DNA of 64,000 bases from Paramecium tetraurelia (GCA_000165425.1 CT868363.1:372001-436000), one strand, 5' to 3'; shown: positions 12,914 through 28,991, counted from the first letter of the stretch. The notes: generated by a model from the letters alone, not told the origin. Numbers and translations are program-made.

Positions 12914-14011
12914 ATGCAATTCAATTAAAACAGAAGATGGCTTTAGAAATAGACTTTATATTTTTTTCAAGGAATTTTATATATACATAAATAAATAATT
13001 TTCAATATTAGAAAGATTGTTATTTTTAGTTTATTTTTGGTCGGAGAGTCCTGACATCTTATAAATAAAAAAAAAAAATCATTTTTCTAATTTTTTAAGA
13101 TCCTTATCGTTTATTCTTCAAGTTTATTATATTTTGTATTGAAAAATAAATTAATTGGGTCAGAAAAATTCTTAGGAGAGTCCCAAATGTATGTAGCTGA
13201 TTTAGAGGTAAAATGTCATGTAATAGTGATACACTTTACATAATCTTATTGATACTAAAATATTTGTTTATTGAAAAAGAAGAATTAAAATAATGCTAAT
13301 ACCAATTGAGTAAGTACTGCTTTAGAATTGCATAATGTAAATATACTAAATAGAATAAAATTTAATTCTTTTAAAGAATAATAATGCTATTTGTTTCATT
13401 AGAAAATGGAATATTTAATAACCTACTAGAAGAAGAAAAATATCAAGATTTTTGTGTTCTTGCATCTATTTTCTTTGATTTAGTTGAAGATTGAACTTGC
13501 CCAATACAAAATTAATATTAATTGAGGTACTTTAAACATAAAATAGTTTTAAAGATAGACAAACTGAAGACCTTCACCCTACTATTAATAAAAAAGACCA
13601 GTTTGATGGTTTTACTTAGGATACTCCATAAAATGCGTACTGTATCTGTAGTAATTAATTAAAAGAAATGAGCAACTTTGCTGAGTAATAAGTTGTTGGA
13701 AATCATCATCATTAATAGTGCTAGAATGACAATCTTGTGTAAACTGTAATCCTAATGGAGTAACAAGAAAATTTCGAAGGTTAAGAGATGAAATATTTAA
13801 AGATGATTTTTACGATTAGGCTTAAATCTAAAGTCCAGAAGGTATTGCTATTGATGTCGATTACATTAACGACGAAATCTAAGAGCCTAAGAACTCTGTG
13901 AAGAAAATGTAATTGGTCTTATCATTTCTAGCTAATACAAGAAAATTTAGAAATATTAACATCAAAACAATAGAAATAGACAAGCGTTATGAAACTCTAT
14001 ATGCATATTGA
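12914..14011 (+). pseudogene. Probable decayed gene (in-frame TGAs and a frameshift); boundaries approximate
   Basis: Protein-like frame DPYRLFFKFIIFCIEKQINWVRKILRRVPNVCS*FRGKMSCNSDTLYIILL...LASIFFDLVED*TCPIQ has TGA at 13198-13200 and 13492-13494. An intron-like gtactttaaacataaaatag and a further frame change near 13800 follow. Confidence 0.45.
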
Positions 14012-14318
14012 TATAAAATTACATCTCTAAGTTCTAATTTAAATGCTCTGGCTTTTAATATCCTTTTCAGACTTTCTTTATATTGTACCATATCATAGAA
14101 TATGTGAAAGCAACCGAACTTAGAAATCAACACTTGGTTGATCGGTAAAATATTATATTTGTTATATTCAATCTACATTGTCAATATATAAATATAAAAG
14201 AAGATTATTTTGTTGACTTAATTATGAATAGAAATAATTATTCAAAATTAGAATATATCATGTCTACATAATTATGTAAATTGGATTCATTAATGTCGAT
14301 TTGATTATAAAATACATA

Positions 14319-15950
<1,632 letters not shown>

Positions 15951-16037
15951 ATATTAAAAATATAATTTTATTTATTCAGATAACTTTTGAATACCATATT
16001 GTCAAAATTTCTTATTTAGATTTTATTTTTTATTATT

Positions 16038-16703
16038 ATGATTAATTAACAAATAAATCTTAAATAAATTAGAGAAAGATCTCCTGCCTAATCAAAAGAA
16101 TTTAAGAATCATTACTCCTAAGAACTAATAAAGTTTTCAAATAATAGAGAAATTAGACTAGAAGCGCCTTCCAAAACTGAGCCTCCATTTATTGGGTAAC
16201 CAAGTAAAAATTTCAAAAAATCAGGAAATCTCCTTAAAACCCAAGGAGGATAAAAGCAAGAGAATGCACACAAAATTACCATCCTTACCAAACTTGCCTA
16301 ATAAGAATAAGCAATTTTACAACAAATGGTATATACCTTATGATTTGAGGTATGTGTAAAAGCCTGACCTCCAAAAAGAGAATTTCGAAGGTATTTTATA
16401 AACTAATGAAGACGATATGCATTTTTATAAGAATATCCATAGCATCAATGTACAATATAACCCATTTGATGAAAAACTACCTGAAGTTTTAATCAAAAAC
16501 ATAGGATATAGAGAGAGAACTGAAACTGTTAAGGATTTTTTGAAAGGATAGAGATAAATTATTGAATTCAAAAAGTAACAATACTTTAATATCAATAATT
16601 TAGAAGTGTAGAAAGGGAAAATTAGAGAGTCCCTGAATTTATTAAATAGCTTTTGGAAAGTGAATAAGGCCATAAGAAGTATAAGAAGTTTAAATAGTTA
16701 TGA
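16038..16703 (+). CDS. Hypothetical protein (~190-200 aa)
   Basis: MINQQINLKQIRERSPAQSKEF...FYNKWYIPYDLRYV...KKYKKFKQL-TGA after removing 2-3 small GT..AG introns. Confidence 0.65.
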
Positions 16704-17308
16704 TGAAATTTATTTGTTAATTAAAAATATATCTAATTTATAATCATATTCCAAAAACTAATGAAATCCAGTGTTTTTATATTCATTAAATTTAGATATT
16801 ATTTTTTGTTTTCTTGGAAAATTTTATTATATAGAATTATTTGATAGATAAATGTTGTTCAAGTTAGCAATTGAGAAAACAATTAGGTTAATTATAATAT
16901 TCTTGTAATCTACCATGTTAATATTTCATGTGTACATAATTATAAAATTGGATAATAATTAAAAATATATATTAAATTGTAATCTTAAATTCAAATAAGA
17001 ATAAAGTTGGAAATAAACCAAAAATCACATTGTAAGGAAAAATAAATATTCTTATTAATAAGAATATTTATACATTTAATCATCATTAATCTGATTAAAA
17101 TAATATATAGTTTTAAAAATAGGAAAATAATTTATTAAATATTATTTACTATTTAATAATCATTGATATTTAGAGTTTTCATTGATGATATTATCTGTAT
17201 TCTAATCATTCTAGAGTATTAAAAGATGGATAGATTACCAAATCCTGGTAATATAAGTTATATAATCCAAAATTAATTGTTAATAAAGATAAAAAATACT
17301 AATTAATT

Positions 17309-20300
17309 TCAACTCTAATTGAGGTTTTTGTTAAGACCCCTCTCATACAATTTGGTATCTAAGGTTTGAGAAATCTTCAATATTTATTGATCTATCATTT
17401 GATCAATTTAATCCTAAATGATTTTATATGTTTCATACCACATCATCTTACTCAATTATCGATAAGGATCTATTAATAGGAAACCATGAAATGCTTTCCC
17501 TCTTTAATTCCTCATCGATATAACTTTCAATGCCGTTATATTCAGACTTCTTTTTCCCTTGAAGGTAGGAAATAAAGAAGATATAATTCCAAACATAATG
17601 CTCATTCTTCACATGAAATCTGAATCCCTTCTTGTGTTTAGTTTTCTTTTCTATGATCCCCTTGTCTATACCGCAAACCAAACACAATTCTTTAATGTCA
17701 GCTTCCAGTTCTTCTGCTTCTTCTCTATCAGCCCCAAATGAATCTAAGATCAATCCAGTGAAGATGGAATAGGTTAAACTGATTACAAAGAAATAATAGC
17801 AGAATTCCCAAAAGTTGAGTATACTAAAACGGAAATCGGGATTTGCATAGGTGGAACTAATACCATTAGACGCTGCAACATACCCTGCAGACCCACTATC
17901 CTTTTTAAATGTTACATCCAGAATGAACGAAAAGCATTGCAACAAGCTTTAACAATATGGAGTATAGTTAGTGTCTTCAGAGTAGAAATCATAAATTAGT
18001 AAAGAATAATAATACTAAAGTATGAAAAAAAGAGCCAATGTAAGTAAAATTTATATTATTGGGCGCCAAACGGACTATAAATTTAAAATTTTAATTCCTT
18101 ACGTTTATCATTGCTGTTAGCACTGGAAATCTCCAAAATACATCAAGTAGAAGTAATGCTAATAATGTTTTTGTAAACAATCCTGAAATCGCTATTGAAG
18201 TAAATATTAAAAAATAGATCATTTCATAATCAAAAAATATATATTTAAATAAGACTAACCTATCAGTAACATTTTAATAAAATCTTACAAATTTATTTTA
18301 TTCGAGCAAAAACTTATCTGTTTTTTCTAAGATAAAGTCTTCCTATAACACAACGCTTTATGAATTATCTAAATATTTATATTTTATTTCCCTTTTTCTT
18401 ATTCTGTTTATTTATCTTTCAATTACAATTTCCTGAGCCTTTATTCTCAAATACGGTAGTTTTCTTATGATAAAAATGAAAAAGCAAACGAATTACAATA
18501 TTATTTAAATAATATTTAAGGCCAATAGAAAATCATCAAGTACATGATCATATCTTCCATTATTTGTTAACAAAATCATAATATTCTACATTACAATAAC
18601 ATAAAATATAATTTGTTTCCAAATCTCTTGATTACCAGCTATCATATTAACTAAAAAGTGTCTTTTATACAATAATTGAAATTTGTATTCCGTTTTCAAT
18701 TTTTGAATTGTCTTATTAGAATTATAAAGTATAGATTCAACTTTGGTTTATTAAGTTGTTCGATCAATATCTTTACTAAACTTCTGTTTAATTGAATTGT
18801 TTAATGAAAAACAATGAGGTAACAGTGGAAATATCACTTACTTGATCTGCTTTGAAGGCAGAATTATTTCTATTGATCCTGATCTAGTAGCATAGAATCT
18901 TAAAGCTCTATACCCAAGTTTCTTCTATTAAAAATCTTTTTCTACTTCTTTATCTTTTTCAGAATTATTTTCAGTATCGTGCTATTTTAATTAATACTTA
19001 TCCTATTGAATTATCTTAGAATTGTAAATTTTAAAGAAGATTTTATCATTGATTGCTTCTTTTTATTTCCCTTTGAGAACATTACTATTTAAAATTAAAA
19101 TAATAATATTACTTAGTAACCATTTCAGTAATTTTTTGCAATTAAAACCAGGACTGATATAATTTATAAAGTAGCAACTACTTTAGTTATTTCTTTTATG
19201 TTTTCTCTGAATCGATTTATTCATAAATTCTTTCTAAAACATCCATATTTTTATGTTAAAAGATTTAGGCTAAAATATTATATAGAGAAAATCCAGTTTC
19301 AATAATAAAGGAATCACAAAAATCTCTTACTGCAACATCTACATTGATGGTCTCTTCGATATTCCAAAGTCTATCAGAATCAGAGATAGTTTCTTAATTA
19401 AGAATTGATAATTTTGGTTGATCCCCAAATAAATGAGAAAATATTGTATTTGTGTAATTTTTACCAGATGAATGGAGAATTTTGAACTTTTCATATTAAA
19501 TTGCAATATTCTTGATAACTAACTTCTCACTAATTATACTATTTATTTTTTCTAAGGTTTCAGAAGAAGTCTGTTAGTCATCAGTTAAAGATTCTAATGT
19601 AGTAGAACATCTGTACTTAATTTCAGATAGCATAAACATTCTATAATTGATGTTATTACTTTTTCTAAAAGATTATAAAATCTTTTTGCAATATGTTGGA
19701 TATTTTTTATAATATTCTACATATTCCTATTAAATCTATGTTTTTTTTTAACTTACTATTAATTTATTAAATTCACCTTATGTTTTTTCCCTAGATCTAT
19801 TTAAAATCTTTTGCTGATCTTTAGTCAGATTACTGTACATTGCTGTAAATTTGCCATGAGAATCATCAAAATTGAGAAGTTTATAGCACAATTTTAAGAA
19901 TTGTATTGAGCATATTTTCATTTAATTTTCATGACATGGTCCCTGAATTAATTCTTTTATACAATCAAAACATCCAACTATCAATACATAATCATCAAAA
20001 CTGAGATTTATGAATGTTTCTTAAACAAAATGATTGAATAATATATCTTACAGTTATTATATCATATCATAATTTTAAGAGAATCCTTCTTAAATCCTCA
20101 AAAAATCCTAAGCTGGTTTAAAGTGATCTTCAGCTATTAATTATAAAAATCTAATTTGTATATTAATAATCCCTAATTTTTAAGAGTTATTCTTCCTTTC
20201 TAGTCTGTGACCTTGATTGAATTCATACGAAAACAAAATACGATTTAAATTTTAAACAGTCTCATTTCTCATCTTTTGAGTATCATTCTATTTTTAGAAG

Positions 20301-23300
20301 CTATTAAAATTCAAACAAAATATCTTCAGCAATGAGTTGCTTTGGGCGTTTTTCATTACTGAAATAAGTTTTTCTTAAGCCAACTTATTTGCTTATTCTT
20401 ATCCTCTAATCAATTTCGTTGAGACTAATAAAAATTTATAATACATTTAATCCTTTAAATCTTAGTTTATAGATCCAAGCTCTGCAAAAGGAATAACTCT
20501 TAAATTTTGATATGAATCACAAAATTATATAAAGATCTCAAAAAATCCTTCATTGCATATTAAATTTTGTATTTATTTGATAGCCTTGTTCTATAAAATC
20601 TATTCACTCTAACTTTTGTATATGTCCTTCTAATTCATTATATATTGTGACACTGTTTACTCATAATCTGCTCTTATATACGTGTGAATATCCAAGAGTT
20701 ACCATAAGAATTCAAGAATATTTAAAACTCCTTAATAGTTACTAATCAGATTATTCAAACTTTATTTTAAGATTCTTACTAAAGGCAAGATAATTTTAGG
20801 AAAATTCTCAATTTGAATCTCATAATTTTAATTCATTAATTATAATCTTAAATAAATTTGCTTATACATCTAAAAGTTTTCTTCTGCTTGGTCTTAATGT
20901 GTATTGGTTAATATTTCAATAACATTTTTCAGAATTTTACTATCAAGTAATCCTTAAATCTTGATTATTTCATGAATTCTTGAATCATTAAAATATTCAG
21001 GATTTAGATATACATCTTAATTAAGATTATTCTTTTGAATTTATTATTACTCAAATTTGAAACCTTTAAAATCTAATTATCTTAAATAAAGTAACTTCAA
21101 TTGTTATTATTTCAGATAAAGAAAATCTTAATTCTCTTTGATTTCATCTGTGGTTAATTTATCATTTAAGTGTTATTCAATGGAGTAAATGAGATCATCC
21201 ATTTAAACTTTGAGTTCATTAAATGGACTTAATTTTTATGATAGATTATTCGATTCATTAGTTCCAAAATCAATCAGAGATACAGATTGGCTTTTCTTCT
21301 TAAAAATTAAAGTTGATGAATTTCTATTTGATTTAGATTTCGTAGATGAATCTTCCAATGTATCAATATATTCTGATAATTTTTATGCTAAATTTAAACT
21401 TAGATCAAAAAGTAAAATAGAATAATTATTGAATAGAAAACATTCAAAATACTAGTCAATCAAATATTCAGAAATCATTTAAAATTCACTTTATTAGATA
21501 TTGTGATGATCTTTATACAATTTAGAGAGCAATTTCAATTTATTTTGATTTTAAATGTTATCAATATATGTTGAATATTCAATAGACATAATCTAAATAG
21601 TAAAAAGTTTCCTTTCATAACTGATGAACTTCTTAACAAACTCTATGTATTCATCATCATAATTAGAGAATTCGCTTTGAGTTAACAGTAGATTAAGAAA
21701 TTTTAATAATTAATGTTTCAAAATTGTATTCAAGAATATTTAATTTAAATCCTTCTTTTATAATTATTATGATTAATCTGCTTACCAATTTCTTATCTGG
21801 ATTGAAAATATATCTTCTAAAGTGAAAATTAATCGAAATAAATTAACATATGAGAAACAATTTTATAGTAAGCTGTGATGAAGCTTATTGTTTGATTATG
21901 ATTGATGATTATTTTCTTTTTATTATTGCACTCTAAAATTATAATAAATCTCATTTTAATTGCTTTGGCTTGTCGAAATAAATAATTAAATTAAATTAAT
22001 TAGAAATCCATATCCTTAGACTTATAATATATAAGGAGCTTTTCCAAATAGCATTAATGTTTATAGAGATTATGGTTAATCGAGTATGAATAACTTCGTT
22101 AAGTTTTATGATCCTAAACCAATGATCTCATTGAATTATGATCTTGACGATATTTATTGAAATATTAGTACAAGATTTTTATGTGAGATCATATTTTATT
22201 AACATAATATGCATTACAATATTCTCAGAGTTCCAACGCATATGTTTTCAAATAATAAATATATAGTTTTAGGACTTATGCAATCAATTAAGTCAAAAGA
22301 ATTATCATAAATAGTAATAAGCAAATTAAATTATCCTAGATCAACAATTGTAAAAAATTATTCAATTACATCAAATTATTTCATGATTTTAATTTTATTA
22401 TGATGATTATTTTTACAAGTGATCCTCAACAATTTAAATAGCTCTTGGCATAATTAAATGATATTTTCATCTTAATTTGTATTCTAATAATTTCCAACAC
22501 TTTGTTACATTCTGAGAGTTATATCTCTACACTATTACATGAAACTTATGAGGATATCAAAGATAGTCTAATCAAGATTTTAAATCCTAATTATCCTTTG
22601 AGATATTAATAAATATTCAGACCCATCCATTTTTTAATTGAAATTCCTCAAAAATTAAATAAGATTTTAATGTTGCTACTGAATATTTTCATTATATAAT
22701 AATGTTAACAGCTTATAATTTATTTCTTCAATTTCCTTGCATATATCAATTTCAATTTATTTTTCTAAAATCATACATTATTCAAACCTTAGTAATATAG
22801 CTTTCTTAGGCTAATGTAGTTTTTCAATTAAATTAAAAATTTTAAGTTTTATTTGAGATGCCAATTATTTGTGAGATAATAGCTTCAATAGGGTATTAGA
22901 TATGTCAATATATTATCCAGGTATGCTTAAACTTATTTTAATTTTGTCTCTTAGATTTGGATCATTATTATTTAAACATTTTTGAATGATATCCTTTTCA
23001 AAAATCTCTGCTAAGTAATATACGAATTCAATGAAACATTTAGTAAGGAGATTAAACACATTTCTGTCTTCTGAAAATTATTCAAATTATTGTAATAAGT
23101 CTTAATTAGGAGATTTTTCAGAAATGGAATCTGGAAGGAGTGAAAATGCTAAAATTAAGAATTCGAAATATAGAAAAAATTTAGGATCTATAAAACTATT
23201 ATTATTATTGTTATTATTTCTTTTAAGTTATTAATTTTAATTTGGCAATTTGAAACTGAGTAATTATAAATACATATTTAACATTTAATAATTCCTTATG

Positions 23301-25739
23301 CATAAATTAACTTTGTTTTATTAGATAAAATTCTTTTTTAAATAGTTCTAAACTATTACTTAAATACTTTCGATGAATTTAATATCGTCTTCATTAATTT
23401 TCTAATTGTTTATTTATAATAATTCTTCATCAAAATCTTCTTCTATTTATTATCTGTAGCTTTTAAATATTAATTTTGGAATTTAGATTTTATAAAATGG
23501 ATGAAAATCTATGTATAAATTAATTAAAATAGCAATTAATTTGCATCTAAGATAATCATCATTCTTTAGATCGCTCACATATGAAACGAGATGTTCTTTA
23601 GGGAATATATTTTTAAAATACATTATATTTGACACATTTCTATTTTGGCAAAGAGAACCAACCAAATTTAGGTATTCATCAACGAACCTTTTGCATTATT
23701 ATACATCTTGAATCATATCTAAATTTTTCTTGAAGCTGCTCTGATAAATTTGATTTAACTCTATTTATTGATCTTCTACATTTAAATAAAAGAATTGATC
23801 ATCCTTATGAACGAACAGCTTAGAAAATATGAAGGAATCAGCCTTCAAATTTACACCTATGGCTTTTTGATTATTTTTATATGGAAAATCATTCTAAAAA
23901 CAAAGAATTTATAGGAACTTGGGGATATTAGACCAAAATGATCTAATTTTAGACCCATATAATTGTTAGCCCCTTTGAAAAATCAAATCTATGAGTGTAA
24001 TTTCATTCTGCTAAATTTGATTTACTGATTGATTAAAAAAGAGAGAGGATGCAGTAGGAATGAGAGTTTGATTAGTTGAAAATATTTGGATTAAACAATC
24101 AAATGCTCCTATATGGCATCCTAGAAGCTAAACAAATTTTGAATAGCTATACAAAATAAAGAGACCATTTTATTCATTGTATGCTCCAAAAGCAGAGAAA
24201 AATAAGAATATAGTCTTCAAGACTTTTTGAATCTGATTTCTCAATCTTAAACTTTATTCTAATTCTTCTGAGAGGAGAAAGTCAACCTCATTATATAATT
24301 AAGTTAATTGATCATCCCAAGAGATAAGTTCTAATAATTAATTTAGATATTAGATGATATAATATCGTTTAAGCAGATCTTGATTTCTTCTATTTTTTCT
24401 GGAATTAAAGATAGAATTTCTATCAATAACTTTTAATGTAAATCCATTTTCCAAACAAAAGCAAATCAAATCAGACAGGATTTGGATGAGTTGATTACAT
24501 AATTCATAAATTGATTCAAATTTAGGATTATTTTATTAATTGGATCTAATTGATTGTTATATTAATTCTTAATTCTATGTAAAAACATGAATTGCATTTT
24601 GAATACTATTGACTGCACTATGAAGCCAATTGATTTGAGTTTGACTTGTACTACTTTATACTTCCAATAATAATTAATCTTCTTTAGTGACCTATGATTT
24701 GTATTCTAGCTAATAAAACAAAGAGTTTTGTTGATATAGTTGTGAGGAAGTGAAATATTTATCTTAATGTAAAATAAATCCACTGATAAAATGATTACTA
24801 GCATTGATTTCTTAGAATTAAAAAAGAGAGGCCTCCTTAAAATTATTTACAATATTAGTCAATGAGATGTATTAATTACTTGCAACATTTTAAAGATAAA
24901 AGGAATCATTCAAATTAATTTGTTAGAAGGCTTTTTGAGGGTGATAGATTCTCCATAAATCAAATTCAGATGTTTCTTCCTACTCTTACCAAGTCACAAT
25001 TAAATTTTTAGAGAATAGAGCATTGTATTGGATGTCGGCATTTGATTAGTTAATTAGATTTTTGGTTTATATCAAGGCAGATTTTTTGGTAGTCATTGCT
25101 AAATAAGCATTCTTTTCAATTAACTTTATTTTAATTAAAGAACCATAAGATAATTTACTTATGGCCTTATTGATTGTTTCAAATATGAAATTTGAGGCTA
25201 GATGAACTTCATTAGTAAATGTAATTTGTTTTGAATCCCAAGTCAGATAGCAATCTTAGGCATCTCCTTAAGCATCGTTATTGGGAGACAAACTAATGTG
25301 GACTTCATTGTATAAAGTGACGCAATTTTGATTCTAATTATGAGAGATGAAAGGTTACAATAATTTATGATTTGAAACAAGGTTATATGGAGAACAAGCA
25401 GGTCTTATCAAGTTCTTCTGTTAATTATATAGTCCATTTATCTTTGATGTATATTGCTTATAAATATTTGCCAGATTTCTATTGCTTCATAATTATCTCT
25501 TTGTTGAATTAGATGACTTCATCTGTGGAGACCTTGATGTCAAAATTTTCACATTGGACAGAGTAGATATTAAATAAGGTGTCCAAAAGGATTAGTTTTG
25601 ATCTAAATGGTTAAATGGGTTGATACTCTAAATTGGCAGACTAAGGGTAAAATCCATCAGAATGGAGATACATTTCATTTGATTTGATCAGAATATCAGT
25701 TTCAGATGAAATGGGATTTCTTGTTTGGTTCACTTCCAT
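17309..25739 (-). CDS. Full-length IP3-receptor-like calcium-release channel (~2780 aa)
   Basis: Starts MEVNQTRNPIS...YLHSDGFY (suppressor-domain-like), then MIR/RIH-like regions, CIKELIQGPCHENQ, RSGSIEI, pore FKKDSGSAGYV, IFTGLILDSFGADRE, CLVCG...HVKNEHYVWNY. Introns 19085-19112, 18075-18102, 17414-17438. The long first exon was spot-checked, not fully translated. Confidence 0.92.
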
Positions 25740-25805
25740 TAAATTATTATAATCTTATAATTATGATTGATATTGTAATATAAAATAAGAAAGTAGAATA
25801 AATTA

Positions 25806-26783
25806 TCATATTTTGACTTTAGAATTTTTTCCCACATTGCTAAAGATGATTAAACATAAATTGAGGATTACAAATTTTATAATATCTAGCAATATTAATC
25901 CAAAGAGCAATCTAGTGTAGAGTAGTAACTTTTCAGATTTGAATGAAATTATAATCAGGAGAGTTGGCTCAAAAATCATGACTTCTATGCTTTTTAGAAT
26001 GTAACTACTAATGATTATAGTAGTTTCAGAATTTTCGCGATTTCTAAAAGGATACATGGGAATCCACTAAAGTTCTATTGGCAATAGGATAAACATCATT
26101 GATCTGATGGACAGAATATTGTCCTTGTAATTGATCGGTTTGAGATCCTCCTAACGAGGACAGACTTCCTTAATGAAATTGGCTCTGAACACATAGCTCA
26201 TGGGAAGATAAGATCTATTTTGGAGATTGTATTTATCCATAAAAATCAATTTAGAAGTCGTAAGTAAATGCAAAATTCTAGGAATCTAAAGGAAGATTAT
26301 AAAATAAGCTGTAACAGTCTTATCTTTAGTAGGATCTATTAACTTGTCCTCATCCACTGTCCCTATACAAAAGAATACTAATATCAATATCCTCAAACAA
26401 ATATCCAACAAGATATTGGACATTAACCAGATCTTCATTCCAGGATTGTTTTTTATATACTCCAAATACAAAAACGTGATATTGATAGGAACAATCTCCT
26501 TCTTAAATGAGGGTTTCTGATCCTTAACTTCTCTCCCCAATAGTCTTAATTAAATGAGTGATTATTATGCCTCTTGGCTTGCTTAAGTGGAAATTGGAGA
26601 ATCTTAAGATTAGCAATTATTCACAATCTGCATCTCTACATTAATTGATGTTGTATCTATTTTCTCATTAAGATCATCATCTAAACTGTGAAAGCTATTG
26701 CTCTACTCTTGATCATGACGTAAGGAATAAAAAACACTCGATTTAGGTTCTCCACTTTGATTGATATCCTTGATTAATGACAT
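25806..26783 (-). CDS. Hypothetical multi-pass membrane protein
   Basis: ORF MSLIKDINQSGEPKSSVFYSLR... with a hydrophilic N-terminus and several hydrophobic segments (WLMSNILLDICLRILILVFFCIG; LLFGLILLDIIKFVILNLCLIIF); ends KNSKVKI-TGA. Confidence 0.75.
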
Positions 26784-27106
26784 TATAATTATTATTTAAT
26801 AAAGCTATATTATAGTTCTTCAATAAAGTCAGAATATATAATAGACAAACAACAAAGACCTATTAGCCAACTTATATTTCTCATTCCAAATATCTTTATA
26901 ATATAAATTTATTATTTATCTTCAATCAAGCTTATTAAGATTTCAATTAAATAATCTATGTTTGCTTTCAATTTTTTAAACACGTTAACCAAAAGATTTG
27001 CAGTCAAAGATTATGTTGATGTATCCAAAATAAAATTTATTTACATATTAAAGTCTAGATACAGAATGAAATATTTTTTTATTTTTTAATACTTATACTT
27101 TACAAA

Positions 27107-28977
27107 TCATTCTAATTATCCTACGAACTTCATTAGATATAAACCAGCTCCAATAGAAATTAGATTCATGATCAATCTTTCTAATTTTGGTCTATATGAG
27201 AATGATTATTTCAACTCTGGTAAGATATTAACTAAAGCTACATAGAGGAAACTTCCACAAGTTAGACACAATAATTCTTTCTAAAAGGTCTAAGCAAAAT
27301 GTAATCCTAGATTTAAGAATAACAATTACCAACATATCCTCCTGCCAAACATCCTATTGATGTGACAATTTAAGTGAAAAGAATAACGAAAACACATTTA
27401 CCTTATTTTAATAAGTAAGCAAAATCACCAACTTCATGAGGTATTTCGTGCATAAAAATAGCTATTGTAGTTGTAATTCCAGATGCTAAACTGATGGAAT
27501 ATGTTGCAGCCAATGCAATACCATCTGTAAAGTTATGTAAAAAGTCTCCAAATAAGAATACAATAACTGAATTATTGTGTTCGTGATCGTGGGTATCATC
27601 TCTTTTACCTCTAAAGTTCTTCAATTTAATAATAAACAAATCAATGAATGCAAACAACAGAACACCACCCAAAACTAAGCACATTTAAGGATTTTCATGA
27701 TCATGATTGTGACCTTCATGAGAGTGGGAGTGAGTTCCTAAGATTTCTGGCAACATATGGAAGAATACATCTCCTAACATTGTTCCAAATGAAAATGCTA
27801 TCATATATTAAATGGCTGTTCCTCTGTTTCTAATACCAACAGTCTATAATAAATATCACATTATTACAATCAAAAGCAATAAAAATATTGGAAATGAGGG
27901 GAATGACACAATCAAAACACTATAATTTACTTAATCCTATTTTGAATTAGGAAGATATTTTGCTAGTAATTCTGGTAATTGATGTTAAAATTTGATAAGT
28001 TTAGACTAAATCTCTTAATAATTTGGAATAAAAGATAATTGAACTTACCATCCATTTAATTAATTTTAACTTGTAACAGTTTATTCTTCTTATTAATAAT
28101 GGTGATAGTGTGTATGATCCTGTGTATGGTGATGATGTGAATGGTCATGAGCGTGTTCATGTGAATGATCGTGAGCGTGATCATATGAATGATCGTGAGC
28201 GTGATCATATGAATGATCGTGAGCGTGATCATGTGAATGTTCATGGGTATGATGGTCTTAATGTTCATGAGTATGATCATGATGTTCATGGTGTTCATGA
28301 GTATATTCTTGATTATGTATTTCATATTATTCATTATTTTATTGTTATTCTTAAGTGTCTTCATTTAATTAAGAATCATTTATATCTTTATCATTTGAAG
28401 TCACTTATTCATTATCTAATTAAATTTAGTCCACTTCGACATCATTTTCTACTTACAAATTCTCAACTTATTCCTACTTCTCTTCTTATTCTGTATTGTG
28501 ATTTTACTCAGTCTATGATTAGCAATTTCTTTCAGTGCTGCATTGGTCATTTTCTTATTATTCCTCCTTGTTTTCTTCAATGGTTTAGCTCTCCTAGGTT
28601 TCACTATTTTAATTGAGATTTTCATTGGTATCAGAAGTTTAGATAGTTTCTCCCTAAGATACAACATCATCATCCTCATTTGATTATGGTTGTTGATTAT
28701 TTTCTGGTTCAACTTCTTATTGTGTATTAATATCCTATTGAGTTTCACTTTACTCAAGGTTTACTCTCACTTCACTATTAATATCTTCTCCTCCTTGATT
28801 AGCTTGGGTTAATTCAATTTCCTATTCAAGGATTCGTTTTTGAACTACTTCAGCAGTTTATTCCACAAATTAGACAGTCTATTCAACTTTCATTTTGATC
28901 TCTTCATAGTTTTCTGGTACTCTCTCACTATGAATTATTGAAGCCAAGCAGATAATCAGAAGGATTGTTTTCATCAT
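27107..28977 (-). CDS. ZIP (SLC39, LIV-1/KE4-type) zinc transporter with long acidic and His-rich ectodomain
   Basis: Signal peptide [30 protein letters not shown] (TM4) and [13 protein letters not shown] (TM5 HExPHExGD signature); His-rich repeat region; small introns. Confidence 0.92.
28139..28258 (-). repeat. 24-bp coding tandem repeat (HS[Y/H]DHAHD-type octapeptide)
   Basis: Plus-strand unit gaatgatcgtgagcgtgatcatat at 28163-28186 and 28187-28210, near-identical at 28211-28234, with degenerate copies on both sides. Confidence 0.9.
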
Positions 28978-28991
28978 TAATTAATTAATAA

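Noticed and set aside
28139..28258. CRISPR-like array
   Set aside because: Repeats are contiguous with no spacers, lie in frame within a eukaryotic CDS, and no cas genes are present.
28056..28757. Supplied ORFs with DRERDHMN or MITLTIIH repeats as separate or overlapping genes
   Set aside because: They are antisense or off-frame shadows of the ZIP His-rich repeat.
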